64,000 nt of DNA, from the NCBI GenBank assembly GCA_002633005.1, contig NMRA01000278.1, forward strand, positions 174,048-238,047. Reading direction: 5' to 3'. How positions within the stretch are numbered: position 1 is the first letter of the stretch; every line of letters starts with the position of its first letter. A program made the position numbers and the translations under genes. A model generated the notes under the pieces. It ran no database searches and was not told where the DNA came from. It saw only the letters and a list, made by a program, of their open reading frames with translations. Below are positions 42,001 to 51,200 of the stretch, piece by piece. The DNA comes from Phoronis australis (taxonomy: Eukaryota > Animalia > Phoronida).

Positions 42001-42323
42001 CACGGATTTAGCTTATTTTTATAATGATTTTCAAAAATCTTTTGATGGGCATCGCTGTTCATTGCATGTGATGACGCTGCTCGTAACGCTCGATTAATTG
42101 TGTTCGTGTATGGTAATACATTTTAAATGAATTTTGCTGACCGAAATTACATGTAAAGCCAGACGCCTCCGGCTTAGCCTTGCACACAATAGTGGCCGGG
42201 GTATCTGAACCTCGACTAAAATGAAAAATTCATGTAATATATGCGTTTTATATTTTCAGCTCAAGCCAAAAGATGAAAAAACACAAGCTGAGTACGAATA
42301 TGGAGGACGAGCACGTTTTATAG
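6218..42323 (+). CDS. VWDE-like: Gene A (27 coding exons found, ~1400 aa, 5' exon missing): VWDE-like type-I membrane protein with CTL, 4xEGF, D8C, Ig-like, VWD, C8-like, EGF, Cys-rich repeats and TM
   Basis: All exons are AG/GT-bounded with matching phases; summed length 4205 nt stays in frame to TAG at 42321-42323. Motifs seen: WIG, Dxx[44 protein letters not shown]. Orthology to vertebrate VWDE is not tested. Confidence 0.88.
7871..7976 (+). CDS. Gene A exon: C-type lectin part 2
   Basis: [35 protein letters not shown], containing the WIG motif; aag|...|gtgagt. Confidence 0.88.
8628..8756 (+). CDS. Gene A exon: C-type lectin part 3
   Basis: [43 protein letters not shown]; phase 1-1. Confidence 0.88.
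9073..9236. mobile_element. Copy of the CAGGGGCGGATC-TIR element
   Basis: aggggcagatccagaattttgagtt...gaacgccactg; reverse-complement similarity to 51014-51151. Confidence 0.65.
10730..11270 (+). mobile_element. BEL/Pao LTR-retrotransposon pol relic
   Basis: [10 protein letters not shown] and [36 protein letters not shown]...[10 protein letters not shown] resemble the BEL/Pao 'T.LGW' and 'LPNN..A..R...L..RL..NP...DY...M.D...YIPHH.V..PK' segments as I recall them. Confidence 0.65.
11841..11954 (+). CDS. Gene A exon: EGF-like 1
   Basis: [37 protein letters not shown]; phase 1-1. Confidence 0.9.
12909..13025 (+). CDS. Gene A exon: Ca-binding EGF 2
   Basis: [39 protein letters not shown]. Confidence 0.92.
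13520..13636 (+). CDS. Gene A exon: Ca-binding EGF 3
   Basis: [39 protein letters not shown]. Confidence 0.92.
14209..14373. repeat. 33-bp minisatellite x5
   Basis: gccgagccagttacttgaatagaggccacgtca with one substitution in unit 4. Confidence 0.97.
15611..15727 (+). CDS. Gene A exon: Ca-binding EGF 4
   Basis: [39 protein letters not shown]. Confidence 0.92.
15989..16141 (+). CDS. Gene A exon: D8C (UMOD/GP2/OIT3-type) part 1
   Basis: [15 protein letters not shown]...[23 protein letters not shown]. Confidence 0.85.
16492..16611 (+). CDS. Gene A exon: D8C part 2
   Basis: GWYFFGG...[20 protein letters not shown]. Confidence 0.9.
17224..17391 (+). CDS. Gene A exon: D8C part 3
   Basis: [35 protein letters not shown]...[15 protein letters not shown]. 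Confidence 0.9.
17755..18480. mobile_element. Non-autonomous DNA transposon (MITE) with ~70-bp TIRs and TTAA flanks (Kolobok/piggyBac-type target)
   Basis: cacaggcgcttgggtttatcgcaaatgacgtcactcaata..ataagaaaacataaaggttggacact is mirrored at ~18406-18478; ttaa at 17751-54 and 18481-84. Confidence 0.85.
18677..18739 (+). CDS. Gene A exon: Cys linker
   Basis: [21 protein letters not shown]; phase 1-1. Confidence 0.82.
19116..19348 (+). CDS. Gene A exon: Ig-like domain part 1
   Basis: ...FNFTCNV...VNIVWLAG...SYFGRN; homologous to paralog exon 63864-64000. Confidence 0.85.
19876..19959 (+). CDS. Gene A exon: Ig-like domain part 2
   Basis: [28 protein letters not shown]; paralog reads [17 protein letters not shown]. 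Confidence 0.88.
20627..20899 (+). CDS. Gene A exon: beta-rich pre-VWD region
   Basis: 273 nt, same length as paralog exon 61882-62154; ends ...[11 protein letters not shown]...ATVDGKIER. Confidence 0.9.
21687..21767 (+). CDS. Gene A exon: pre-VWD linker
   Basis: [27 protein letters not shown]; phase 0-0, positionally equivalent to paralog 60642-60734. Confidence 0.72.
22508..22590 (-). mobile_element. Degenerate tRNA-like SINE head
   Basis: B-box-like GTTCGAGTCCC on the minus strand; weak A box. Confidence 0.4.
24297..24376 (+). CDS. Gene A exon: VWD start
   Basis: [26 protein letters not shown]. Confidence 0.92.
25271..25334 (+). CDS. Gene A exon: VWD
   Basis: [21 protein letters not shown]. 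Confidence 0.92.
25577..25813. repeat. ~38-bp minisatellite, about 6 units
   Basis: aacttaaatcagaatctcttgcacgtatttttaacaag and variants. Confidence 0.9.
26819..27049 (+). CDS. Gene A exon: VWD
   Basis: VHAQYKSC...[20 protein letters not shown]...QENGGKKYE. Confidence 0.92.
28552..28651. repeat. ~24-bp tandem repeat x4
   Basis: tgtctgagatgccctctgacagac variants. Confidence 0.85.
28834..29495. mobile_element. MITE with ~45-bp TIRs, TA-flanked
   Basis: tatggaacgcc..tcaccttgtgacgggtcttttctgacacg versus cgtgccagaaaagacccgtcacaaggtga..ggcgttccata. Confidence 0.8.
29864..29957. repeat. 45-bp tandem duplication
   Basis: cactgtgttggtgtg(t/g)tatgtttttattggagttaagagctacaa x2. Confidence 0.9.
30039..30094. 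repeat. (CA)n microsatellite
   Basis: Direct reading. Confidence 0.95.
30607..30845 (+). CDS. Gene A exon: VWD end
   Basis: VTLYTGT...[16 protein letters not shown]...EFTESWR. Confidence 0.92.
31844..32162 (+). CDS. Gene A exon: post-VWD region with furin site 1 and acidic peptide
   Basis: ...YCVC...[25 protein letters not shown]...ESH. Confidence 0.9.
32996..33072 (-). mobile_element. tRNA-like SINE head or tRNA pseudogene
   Basis: GCCGCTGAGTGGTGTAGTGGT...GGGTTCGAATCC; A and B boxes present, acceptor and anticodon stems do not pair. Confidence 0.6.
33963..34112 (+). CDS. Gene A exon: furin site 2 and C8-like helical domain
   Basis: [18 protein letters not shown]...CSELG...ACVLDLM. Confidence 0.9.
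34350..34539 (+). CDS. Gene A exon: C8-like end and EGF start
   Basis: ATDDPNWA...[10 protein letters not shown]...[13 protein letters not shown]. Confidence 0.92.
35119..35300 (+). CDS. Gene A exon: EGF end and IPT-like start
   Basis: [15 protein letters not shown]...MCDQKTRPC...IGNNF...LTCHF. Confidence 0.92.
35750..38000. repeat. Degenerate low-complexity (tagtttcac)-like repeat region
   Basis: Dense actagt/tttcacta units; gives spurious LVKLVKL-type ORFs on the minus strand. Confidence 0.7.
37184..37273. repeat. ~44-bp perfect tandem duplication
   Basis: cggatcagacactggattctctgtggtattaggatctcgatcaa x2. Confidence 0.9.
38463..38717 (+). CDS. Gene A exon: IPT-like domain
   Basis: IGPNG...EVTCPLP...VHISNDG...FNSICFSC...CTEN. 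Confidence 0.92.
39595..39817 (+). CDS. Gene A exon: two Cys/Trp repeats
   Basis: CTIGGRCY...CKVCEP...SW followed by CVIDDMCY...CLICDP...SW. Confidence 0.9.
40754..40925 (+). CDS. Gene A exon: transmembrane helix and basic stop-transfer
   Basis: [32 protein letters not shown]; 172 nt, same as paralog exon 48052-48223. Confidence 0.88.
42260..42323 (+). CDS. Gene A probable terminal coding exon (short cytoplasmic tail)
   Basis: Strong acceptor ttttatattttcag; phase-2 join gives [21 protein letters not shown]; no homology support. Confidence 0.55.
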
Positions 42324-42711
42324 GCGAATCGATGAACGTCGAATACATATAGCTAGTATTAATTACATTCTATAGTATTGACTGGTTATCTATCGGGACT
42401 GAGATGTTTCTTAAAAATTTGTTTGACAAAAGATTACAGCAGCATTTCGTGTTCATGGTTACACAAACTTTGCATGAAAGGTTTGTTACGCGATAAGTCA
42501 TGGCATTCATACTACTGTAACCATGGTCTTAAAAGTTGTTAATGATGTCAAAATCTTTTTTCTTGCATGAGAAAAAATATTTTTGGGTTGGAAATGTGCT
42601 GGTATGGGACTGGTACAGGGTCCATGTTGCCGGATTTCTTGTTCTCGGTACTTGAACAAAATGGCATGCAAGATGTTCGGATGTTTTCTGTGCGCAAAAT
42701 TGTTGGTTTTC

Positions 42712-42940
42712 GTTTTGTGCATGATTACATATAATATACTCTATTGGTTAGTAAGTGTTTTGTGCATAATTACATATAATATACTCTATCGGTTAGTAAG
42801 TGTTTTGTGCATAATTACATATAATATACTCTATCGGTTAGTAAGTGTTTTGTGCATAATTACATATAATACACTCTATCGGTTAGTAAGTGTTTTGTGC
42901 ATAATTACATATAATATATTCTATCGGTTAGTAAGTGTTT
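42712..42940. repeat. 45-bp minisatellite x5 downstream of the gene A stop
   Basis: gttttgtgcataattacatataatatactctatcggttagtaagt. Confidence 0.95.
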
Positions 42941-44001
42941 GTCGTACGACGTCAACTGTACTTCGTCATCTTGAAGTTGACCAAAATAATCAAGTTTAGC
43001 GAATATTATTCAATCTTTGCCAATAACATTCAAGCTTGGTCAATATTATTCAAGTATTTCATCCTTGCTACCATTAACAGTTAAGAGTGTCTGCATGTCC
43101 CAGTCAAGCAAATGCTCTTAATCTGGGAATGTCAAGATTTAAAATTGGTATCTGTAATTGTCTCTTACGTTGACCAAACTCCTAAAATGAGACTTAGCAG
43201 GGTCAAAAATCAAGCAATTCGTCGTGACAACTTTGTCGCCAATCTTGCTCAGAAACTTAACCATGTGCCACTGAAAAGTTTAGTACTGCAAGTCTTTTTA
43301 AAATTTATGTATGGACAGATACAAATACACCGTGTGCTTTGACAAATGGCAATTCACCACAGACCAAAGTGTATGTCAGTCAGTATTTATATTACTCGTA
43401 ATTTACGAACACAAGCACACATAGCTCAAACCAGAGGCCCCGTCATATTCCTGGGCAATATCATCCAGAACAAAAAGATATATCTACATACCAAAAACCA
43501 TTTAAGGTTAAAAAACTGCCAACAGTTTTGGTGTTTTTGTTGACTACTTTTTGCAGATTTAGAACACAAGCACGTGTAGCTCAACTTAGAGGCCTCGTAA
43601 AAATGCCGGGCAACAATAGAACAAAATACGATACATGTACATTTATGTCTAGATACCAAAAGCTTTTAAAATTTCAGTCCACTTTCCTTTCCGAGGATCC
43701 CGTGTTTTTTTTCGTATTATTGTTGTAAAAACAGTAAAAATAAGAAAGCCAATGTTTTGTGGTTCAAATACGGCGTGCAGAGAAGTCAACGATATGCTGT
43801 CGTAGTGGTAAGAATGTTAATATTCTTTGAATACGACAGAACTGTATGTATGAAAATAAACGTTAATGTGATTCGAGATTGTATGTTCATGAAAATGTTC
43901 GAGAGGTCATAACACGACAAATTTATTAAAAGCACTGAAATTTTGAGCAAAAAGTAATTTTCATTCATCACGAAGGTGTATTCAGTCTTTCAAAAAACCA
44001 A

Positions 44002-44379
44002 CCTGGGCCCGGGCTCTAATGTTATTACTGGAAACTGAACTCGAAATTATGTTTTGCATTTTCTACTCTACTTTTGTGCTAACTAAAGATAAGTGTTTAT
44101 TATTCTATGCTCGAGTACATAGTGACTTACGTGGATAATTTTTAGTCCTAGTTTGCAATTGATAAACCCAACATTAAAGCTGAAAATCGAGTTTGAACTC
44201 GAAATTTCGAGTTTTTACTTAAGTTTGTTGCTCGAATATAAGGGTCATCAAGCGCAAATTTGGACTAGAAGCTCACATTCTAATAATCACTTAATTTGAG
44301 AACGCACAAAAATAGCAGAGAAATTGCAAAAACTATTTTCGAGTTCGTTTCGAGTACAAAGATTAGAACCCGAGCCCTG
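44002..44379. mobile_element. Old MITE-like element with ~110-bp degenerate inverted repeats
   Basis: ctgggcccgggctctaat...gaactcgaaattatgttttgca versus tgcaaaaactattttcgagttc...attagaacccgagccctg. Confidence 0.65.
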
Positions 44380-45129
44380 AGATGTTGGAAGTGTCACTGT
44401 AAAAAGTACGGTGCCATGCGCCGGCTTCCGCCTCTGCCATTGCATTGATATTCGTACGACTGTGTTTGGTGGGAGGACTTCCGGTTCCGCCTCGTTGTAT
44501 TGTCGGCTGCGAGTTAAACTCGTTAAACTTAAACTCATTGTCTAGTTTATCTGGCACTAAGTGTTTAAAAACAAATGCTATAATTTGTTAAACTATTCAA
44601 ATTTAAAGAACAACTAATCAATTTTTTTAAAAAGGTCAGAAATGTTTTAAATAAAATACATATGCTCACACACGCAAATTATTAGAAATGTCCGATAGAT
44701 ATCCAAACACATCCATGTGTGTTTGTTTACACATGAGTACAGGACACACAATCTAACTTTTAAGTAATTCTAACACATGACGCCTTTTCTAGAAAACGTG
44801 CTCTTCTTGCCTGGGCAGTTTGTGGCGGGTGGTCTCTTGACTTGACCTAACAAAAAATACAAATTAATAGATTACATGGAAGTATTTCAAACTGAATCAA
44901 CGTTACGGTATGTAGTCATGGTCCCAGATCTTTTCAGGAAATTTCAAGATAGGTTTCGTGAGTACTTTGTCAAGAATTGTATCTTGATGACTATGTTTAT
45001 GTTAGTATAGCGACCGCTAACGGCCACTGTGACTGTCAATAACTTGACTCCTCTCACTGACCACATATTCCTGTAACCACGTGTTCCTTCAGCTATATAT
45101 AATTCGTATTAGCTTAGTTGTCTGATCTA

Positions 45130-47050
45130 CCGTAACATCTACAATGTACTGAAAAGACGCCTCGAAAACGCTGTCAAACAGGACAAAAGGCAATCGTACA
45201 TGCAGTTCTGTGAATCTCTAAATGTGGAAAGGGGCAAAGGTTTTTGGCAGGCCTATAAGTGGATTACAGGCACGGGCACTCGCAAACACTAGAGTGCAAA
45301 ACCACTAATTAGTATGACAACAAAACTGCCTCCTCTAATACAGACAAGGCCACAGTGTTTGCCAAAACTCTAGAGAAAACTCACAGAATGCACGAAGGCC
45401 CGATCTTCTGCAATATGACAAAACGCCTTGTGGACCACGCATTGGTTCGAAAAGCAAACCTGTTCAAGACCATTAACACAATTACGAGATGATCACGAAA
45501 TTCTTTCTGAAATAACGCCAATTGAGATTAATTGTAATAAAAAACAGCAGCCCAGGAAGCAATTGCATCGACGTTCTGACACAGTGTCCGCTATCTTTCA
45601 ATGGTAGACTAGCCGAGATATCCAACTGGAGTCTTACTATAGGCCACTTTCTCAAACTGTGGAAAAGCGCACTGGGTGTCATGATACCCACACCAAACAA
45701 AGACCACTCTAACCCGGCCAACTACCGCCCAATCAGTCTGCTATCATGCATTGGCAAAGCGTTCGAACGAATCCTCACGAATAGAATCAATGCAGAACTG
45801 GATTCTAAAGGCTTCTTTAGCAGCTGGCAGAGAGCCAGTGGGAAAAAATCGTGAAGGAACCGAACACATCCATAGACTCATAGCTCAAGGCAAAACGGTT
45901 ACGGGCAAACACTGTTGCACCGGAGCCATAATGTTAGACGTGGAAAAAGCCATTGGCTCTGTATGGCATGACGGCATGAGATACAAACTCTCCAATCTAG
46001 GTCTACCAGAAAAAGTGGTTAGACTCCTGTCATCTTTCCTGAGAGACAGATGCATCTCAGTCAGCTGGGCCAATCTGTTTCGCAACCAGTGAAACTGAGG
46101 GCCGACACCCCCAGGGGTCCGTTCTAAGTCCGTTGCTATTTTTGATCTATGTCAACGACCTACCAGTTCACCCACGGGGCAAAGTCCAGATATCCCTGAG
46201 TTCTCCGGCGATCTCGGGTTCTGAACAAGTGACAAGCGAGAGACAGTTGTCCAAGCACGCCTCCAGCGCGGGGCACTATCAAAACTGGAGGACTGGTGCT
46301 CCATCTGGAGCATCAAACTCAATGCCCCAAAATCACAGGTCATCCTGTTCCATCGCAAACGCAAACTGCGACCGCTCAGTCAATCATTATTTGGTGTCAG
46401 GCTCACACCAAAAGCAGAGGCCACTCTGCTAGGGGTAACCCTTGATCAAAGAATCACCCTACGATCTCACGTCGCAGGCGTGTGTGACCGTGCCACAACC
46501 AGAGTCAAGCTTATGTATTGATTGAAGGGCACAGGGTGGGGCGCTAGGAGCGACTGCCTACTACAGATCTACAAAATGTTTATCAGACCCCTATTCGAAT
46601 ACGACGCAATCGATATTTCAACCTGTGCTCCTTCCACAATCGAAAAACTACAGAGAGTACAAAACTGGGCGCTGAGAATTGCTCTCGGATAGCCCAGACA
46701 TTCCCGAAGTGACATATTACACGAGCTCGCCGGAATGCCGACTGTCTCCGACAGGCTGCAGTCACTCCGCGAATCCACACTAAGCCGCATTTCCGTGACA
46801 AGCCTGTTCCAGGAGCACCCGGGTCCTTGCCCTGCTCAACTGCATGGTAAAAACTGTCCCGACGGGGCAGTATAAAGACAACCGAACTTTAGTGGCAAGC
46901 ATGTACCAGGAGTACCAAGGGTTCGGACCCTGCGCTACTAGTAACTGTTCGACGAGGCGACGGGGCAGTATAAAAACATCCAAAAAACACAGCTTCATAC
47001 CATACTAGTAACTGTCACGACAGGGCAGTATAAAGACAACCAAGGACTAG
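45130..47050 (+). mobile_element. Decayed, 5'-truncated non-LTR retrotransposon (LINE; Jockey/I-group-like reverse transcriptase)
   Basis: Frameshifted RT motifs NYRPISLLSCIGKAFERI, LDVEKA..SVWHDG..YKL, PQGSVLSPLLF.IYVNDLP, LGVTLD, WGA..LLQIYKMFIRPLFEY, LQRVQN.ALR; catalytic FADD eroded to about FSGD; boundaries approximate. Confidence 0.9.
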
Positions 47051-47350
47051 CATGACAGCTGTTGCCATTAAGCCGGCTTCATGCAAATCAAAATCTAATC
47101 TGTTGCCATTAAACCAGCTTCATACCCAAGATGTCAATAACGCTGTTGCCATCCAGCCAGCGTCCCGTCTCCACAAGAAGAACATCACCGCCTTCCAACT
47201 GGGCCCTGCCGCTCGACCCACGTCCACACCAAGCACAGCGAGTACAGAAGGCGAGATCGCCAGATCTAGCGAAGCTGTCCGAGGGCTTCGCCCTCATCTA
47301 CTATACTCTCAGTATTCTGGTATCCAGCCTCGTCGTTCGTTTTCCTATAG

Positions 47351-47485
47351 CATGGGCGGCGCAGCACTGAATATATATATAGCCTCCCAGCGCCCCTGTG
47401 GTGCACCACCCATAGGCCATGAACGGCGTAGCACTGAAAAATTGGGGGGCTATAGCCCCCCGTCCCCTATGGTGCGCGGTCCATG
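47351..47485. repeat. Short dispersed element (catgggcggcgcagcact...cccctatggtg..ccatg), here as two units
   Basis: Similar copy at ~49575-49650. Confidence 0.6.
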
Positions 47486-48051
47486 TGTAGTCATAAATTC
47501 CTACCAGGGACAATTTCATCTACTTGTCTTCAAGACATACTTTGACTTGTAGTTTGATTTTGACGTATTCAACCCCATTCATACATGTATGCGTAATTTC
47601 CAAACGTAAAAATGTCGCGTTAAAACTTGCGCATATGATTTGCTGAACAATGATAATAAATAACGAAAAATTAGTTTGGAATTGATGGCATTATTGGCAA
47701 AATAAACTTTCTGTGACATCCTAACAAGTACATTTAAAAGGATACCAAACCCGGATTTGGCCTATTAACATATAAAAACGGCGTTCCTATCTAGTCCTCT
47801 GAAACAGACTGCTCTGCAACCCTCGACAACACTCAAACATTTCTTGCAAAATTCATTAGAACGTCTGCTCGACAAATTTTGAATTCGTCCGAAGCCCATA
47901 AATCACCATCTGGATAGAGAATAAATCAAGATTAATTTATATTGGCAAGTCGTCTGAATGAAAAGTTGGCTTCTTAGTGGACGGCAGTCAGTGATACATT
48001 TGATTCACAAGAAGGCATAAAATGTCATGATAAAAGTGCTTGATGATTTAC

Positions 48052-48223
48052 CTGACAGCGATCTTTCTATTGCGAACTCTAGCAGCATACACGCTAATGG
48101 CGGTGACAACGACAACCACAGCTGCGAGAGCGCCGCATGTACCGGCAATGACAGCAACCATGTTGACTTTGGCAACATGTGTGGGCGGAATGTTCTGCGT
48201 GGTTGAGACGAGGCAGGACGAGG
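48052..48223 (-). CDS. Gene B exon: transmembrane helix
   Basis: SSCLVST...MVAVIAGTCGALAAVVVVVTAISVYAA-RVRNRK; |gtaaat. Confidence 0.88.
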
Positions 48224-51200
48224 CTAAAATGAAGCCATGCGAGATTGGTGAATGAACACATCACACCATTTTGAATAGCTAAAATTTCTGTTCCTGCACA
48301 AACCTCTCTGACATTTCTTGAACATATAACATGCCACCAAGGTCAATTAAGCATGTTCAAAAACAAAACTAAACGATTTCAGACGGAAATCATCGTAAAT
48401 AGATTGAAAGAATTTTGATCATTTAATTTGGAAAGAAATCGGTGGACAGATCCGCGGGAAGGTAAATATTATTGGGACAAAACTTATTTGAAATCGTCAA
48501 AATTTTGCCCCTCCCGTAGACACATCTTATAGATTCCACCTTCCGTCTACATGGTACTCGCTAATTTTTCCCACACCCCCTCCCCCCGCCCTTGACATGA
48601 ATGGGAAATTTTGCAGTTTTGAGAGGGGAAACAAGGTGGGAGGTAGTCACTAGAAACCTTGGAGCTGGTTTTTCAGTTCATAAGCTAAGTTTCGCGGGAA
48701 AGAGTCACGTTCCACGAGGAGTATTTTATGAAATTCTCCTCAGTAGTGTGCCAAAGCACTGTAATGTTTAAGTCACCTTTATTTTATGGGCATGTCTTGT
48801 CAGGCTACATAGAAATGACCCATCCTTTAAATCTGCCTGCAATCATTTTTGCTAAAATTACGCCATCATGTTTATAATTAATAGCTATCGCCGTGACATC
48901 AACTCCCATGTTTCAGGAAGTCTGTTTCAGAATGGGCACTGTCAGTCTAAAGATTCGAAGAAAAGGGACAATTATGACATTGATTGCACTTTCATTTAAC
49001 TCGCTATTTGTACCCCTTAGTCTGCTTATCACTCTCATACGCGTACGTTCACCTTAAAAGGACATTATTGTGTACGAATTTACCCGAAATCTAAGTCAGT
49101 TGCCAGCTATTGCACAATTGGTACCTTTGCTAAGTAAGGTCGACCCTCTGAGACGTGTCTATCTATACAAATATAACTGCACCCGCTGTCATTATGGGTC
49201 AAGTTATATTTGTATAACTTTGGTGTACCTAGGTAGAAACAGATACTTCGCTGATCAACCTTTACTGACAGGTGTGCCCTCCTATAATTATATTTTATGT
49301 GGAAACATATATATTTTTGTGGGTGTCCCCATTTTTGCAATGAAAAGCAAACAAGAAAAGTTTGAAGAAGCTGTTAAACACGTTCTCAGAATGTCATAGG
49401 TATAGACGAGGGTAGTCTTTCCTAATGCCGTTCAATAGCTCTACCAAAACGTTGGCAATGCAAGCTGGTAAGACTTCATTTTTGCGCCAAAAGTTTGAGG
49501 GGCATTATGGGAACTTTTTGAAATTGTTTACCAGGTAAATACCCTTAAAAAACATGTACATCAACCTGGGATTCATGGGCGGCGCAGCACTTAAAAAAAA
49601 TGGGGGATATAGCCCCCCCCCCCCAGCCCCCTATGGTGAGCCTCCCATGGGATTAAACTCAGCCACCAGAGCACTTGACAGCCATCGCACACCGTTCAGC
49701 TTCGTTTCCATGCACCCGAGTACCCATATGTTCTCAAGAAATCGGTTTTAACACCGATAAAGCCACCTTAAGGCTAAATTTGAGTTTCAGAGAATTGGTA
49801 GAATTCTGTTTCAAAATACATTTATGAGTGCTTTAGATGTTAGTTAACCGAGTCAAAATGCTTAGGAATCCTATCATATTAAGAAGCTTTGCTGAAAACC
49901 TGATAATGTTTCGGAAGAAACACAGATGACTTTCGAAGTAGACGATTGGAATGCTTACACGAGGACACTGACCACGACGTCGTACTCTGCTGAGGGTTAC
50001 ATAGCATACAAACGTTGTCTGAGTTCTGTTGACCGAGCTTATAACAAAGCCCATCAATAATGCATGCGGAGCTAGACTGCGACGGAATTGACCAATCATC
50101 TGAATATTTCGATGGATCACAGACTTTGCATTCGTCGATGGGATGAGGTTCATTGGAAGCGTAACATTTGTCTTTGATGACGCACAGGCGGGAACTATCA
50201 GAAGGAGGAGAAAACGTCCAGGAAGTTCGGCTTTGCGTGGGGTTACAGATGTTGCACTTGTTCAGAGGATCACGTTCATTAGAAGCATAGCATCTACCCT
50301 CGATTCCACAAGAGTTTTCCTGTAGAATCAACAAATTTTAAAACATTAAAATATTTTGAAGCGCGTTCTCACCATTGATTCATTAAGAATCTGTTGATAA
50401 ATTAAACGATTATAAAACCTAAATTTAAAACCATTTCTGTATTCTTAACACCAACGAAACTATCAAATTAATTAACTGTTATTATGAATTCCATCTTCAA
50501 AGTTGTCGATTCTCTGTTTATATCATGAACGCATACAACCATTTCATTAGATAAACTAACTATACGGGTTATAAGTTGACGTTGGGAGCAACGAAGACCA
50601 TTGATAAGGCCCACAGTGTGACAATTGTTATTATGGAGCACCATAATGACCAAATGTGCCAAATTGACACCAGCCGTGTGCTACTCGTGTGCTCAATATA
50701 AACACACGCGCCAAATGTCATGAAAGTCCATCAAAGAGCTCGTAAGACACTGAGCCCAACGCCACTAAACGCAGAAAAGTACGAAAATCAATGTCGGTGG
50801 TGCTCTCTTGATTAAGAACACTTCTGTCATCTTTCAGCATGATAATTCAAACACAGCGACAGGAACCATGCGCACCCACGAACGAAATGACCACCAGGAG
50901 ACGCTAGAAGACCCAATCCATCTGCAAGTGGCGAGATGATGTTGTTTACATCATCGATCCTTATATGCCAAATTTCCTCAAGGAAGTTTATAGAAATTAA
51001 GTCATACGGAAACCATTGGCGGATTTAGACGGGGGCCCCTAAAATTCTCACAGATTCCTTTGGCAGTTCGGGGATGTGAATGTCTGACGGCAAAATCCTG
51101 GCTAAAACTCTGCCCTGGCCCCCGTAACTCAAAATATTGTATCCACCCCTGGAAACAATATCTGAATTGCCACTAGGGGACGACACAGTTGTTGGACGCG

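Noticed and set aside
42260-42352. Alternative gene A tail [16 protein letters not shown]...VEYI* via a donor 2 nt upstream (40924)
   Set aside because: It needs the weak donor gtgtaa; the consensus gtaagt donor and the 172-nt phase-2 paralog exon favour the other frame. RNA-seq could revive it.
42583-42999. 138-aa hydrophobic repeat ORF
   Set aside because: It is the translation of the 45-bp minisatellite, with no splice or homology support.
47052-47552. 166-aa ORF after the LINE
   Set aside because: It runs through LINE-adjacent and short-repeat sequence with no recognisable motif or splice structure.
47857-47909. Terminal exon of gene B
   Set aside because: The acceptor is plausible but the required phase gives only RW*, with no similarity to the gene A tail; left uncalled.
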